Notes under the pieces: generated by a model
Databases searched by the model: none
Told to the model about the DNA's origin: nothing
The model's input: the letters and a program-made list of their open reading frames with translations, nothing else
Part shown: positions 62,674-64,000 of the stretch, piece after piece
How the letters are laid out: each line of letters begins with the position of its first letter
Numbering within the stretch: the first letter of the stretch is position 1
Source: an uncultured Methanomicrobiales archaeon
GTDB taxonomy: Archaea > Halobacteriota > Methanomicrobia > Methanomicrobiales > Methanospirillaceae
NCBI GenBank assembly: GCA_963697895.1
Contig: OY969100.1
Location: 1,184,001-1,248,000, forward strand
Direction: 5' to 3'
DNA length: 64,000 nucleotides
Program-made: the position numbers and the translations under genes

Positions 62674-62949
62674 TTATTTCTTTAATGTCCGGATCCGGTC
62701 CACTTCTTCCTGGCACGGGATCTTCAAAAGGAACGTGCCGTGACAGGGTTTTGTATACGGGAGGATCAGCGAATCCCCTTCGATCCCGATCAGGATCGGC
62801 GGCTGGCCGATGAGATAGCTGTCGAAGACCTTCTCCCCGATCGGCAACTCGCGGAATTCCGTGTAATGTTCCCGGATATAGTCCCTGCATTCCTTGAACG
62901 AGACATTTTTCAGGACGACCTCGTACCTCAGAGATTCGATACAACCCAT
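62674..62949 (-). CDS. DUF1894 family protein
   Basis: MGCIESLRYEV..SFKECRDYI, PYTKPCHGTF. Confidence 0.8.
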   Translation of the reverse strand: MGCIESLRYEVVLKNVSFKECRDYIREHYTEFRELPIGEKVFDSYLIGQPPILIGIEGDSLILPYTKPCHGTFLLKIPCQEEVDRIRTLKK

Positions 62950-63422
62950 GGGAGCACCTCGTCGATCTTCTTCTTCAGCGGCATCGGGTTATGAACGGCT
63001 TTCACGGCGATCTTCTCGCAGGGGAACTCGATCTGGGCTGCCGTCTCCAGCGCGTGTTCGCCGTATACGACCGCGATGACAGACCCGGTGGAAAGCGCCT
63101 GGATGGTGGCGCCGTAGGTGATGCCGGCGTCGTTATGGATGAAGACGAAACAGAGGTCAAAGTCCCGCTTCTTCTCGGCCAGTTCCCCGATACACCGGTC
63201 CAGGTCTATCACTTCGCCGATGTAGTGCCGGTCGGGATCGGAGACCTCGACCAGTACCCGCGCCGACTGGTTCCCCGCGATGACCGGCTTCAATCCCTTC
63301 TTCTTGAGGGCACTCACCAGGTAGAGGGCGATACCGGTCTGGACCGGTACCTGCGGGCATCCGAGGACCAGCAGGGCGCTCCGCGGTTCTTCCCGTGCAG
63401 CTGCAGCCATTGAATCACACAC
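62928..63422 (-). CDS. DUF1890 family protein
   Basis: ALLVLGCPQVPVQT, SDPDRHY, FIHNDAG, AVHNPMPL. Confidence 0.85.
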   Translation of the reverse strand: MCDSMAAAAREEPRSALLVLGCPQVPVQTGIALYLVSALKKKGLKPVIAGNQSARVLVEVSDPDRHYIGEVIDLDRCIGELAEKKRDFDLCFVFIHNDAGITYGATIQALSTGSVIAVVYGEHALETAAQIEFPCEKIAVKAVHNPMPLKKKIDEVLPWVVSNL

Positions 63423-63556
63423 TCACTACTATATCGGGTTCCTCTTGCTTATGTCCTTCTCCTTTCCCTCCTGGGGGCTGTCCATCCCGTTAAAAGGTCA
63501 GATGGAGAGACCTATTTCATCCCGTACCAGACAAAGAAGGGATAATCCCCGAACCG

Positions 63557-64000
63557 TTATCCGGTCTCATCCATCCGGGTATACAGGTCGCGGACCCGCC
63601 CGGGATGTGTATACACCGTGAACCGCGGCCCCCGGGAGAAGCAGATAAGGGTGATCCCCGCCTCTCCCGCGACCGCGATCCCGCGGTCCGTCGAGGAGGC
63701 TCGCGAGATGACAATCGGGATGCCGGAATGGGCACATTTCCCGACCATCCCGGCGGGCTGCCTCCCGGTACACCCGACGATGCATGTCGCCCGGTCGATC
63801 CCGTGGAGGGCCGCGTACCCGACGACCTTGTCGATGGTGTTGTGTCGTCCGATATCGCTGCTCTTCACGACGAGTTCCTTCCCCGAGAAGAGGACCGAGC
63901 AGTGTACGCCCCCGGTCTTTCGCCAGAGATCGGATTCGATCTCCTGCGTGATCCGGTACACGTCGGTCTTTTCGATAGAGATCTCCGAATGCACCTTTCC
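63557..64000 (-). CDS. fdhD: Formate dehydrogenase accessory sulfurtransferase FdhD (3' part)
   Basis: KTGGVH, DIGRHNTIDKVVG, TGRQPAGMV; runs off the window edge. Confidence 0.9.
   Translation of the reverse strand, partial: GKVHSEISIEKTDVYRITQEIESDLWRKTGGVHCSVLFSGKELVVKSSDIGRHNTIDKVVGYAALHGIDRATCIVGCTGRQPAGMVGKCAHSGIPIVISRASSTDRGIAVAGEAGITLICFSRGPRFTVYTHPGRVRDLYTRMDETG

Overview
GC-rich archaeal chromosome segment, most likely a hydrogenotrophic methanogen of the Methanomicrobiales/Methanoregulaceae type. This is inferred from the DUF1890/DUF1894 pair, fdhD, an iron-sulfur flavoprotein and an archaeosortase-like C-terminal tail; there is no rRNA here to confirm it. Most of the window is housekeeping, redox and repair genes (lon, ilvB, mutS/mutL, gdh, korAB, sdhAB, nitroreductases, flavin reductases, an ABC exporter). 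Four structures stand out. (1) An AT-rich 4.38-kb insert (1542-5920) splits a SAM-methyltransferase gene exactly in frame, has no recombinase and no target duplication, and carries an SPFH/zinc-ribbon/TPR/YidD/PH-like membrane module. (2) A MNT-HEPN toxin-antitoxin pair is bracketed by a ~208-bp duplication of the lon 3' end. (3) A four-His, heme-b-type ferric-reductase-like membrane protein gene sits directly upstream of complex-II-type sdhAB, divergent from korAB-gdh, in an apparently cytochrome-free lineage. (4) A secreted protein has 12 tandem 108-aa repeats and shares a Pro-rich motif with another secreted protein. A 51-aa four-Cys ORF missed by the ORF track follows the iron-sulfur flavoprotein gene. 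Several genes carry single frameshifts (marR twice, mutS, yyaL-like, tfoX-like, PH-like, probably pepV), which may be assembly errors. No tRNA, rRNA or CRISPR array was seen. All family calls are from motif recognition by eye, not database searches.
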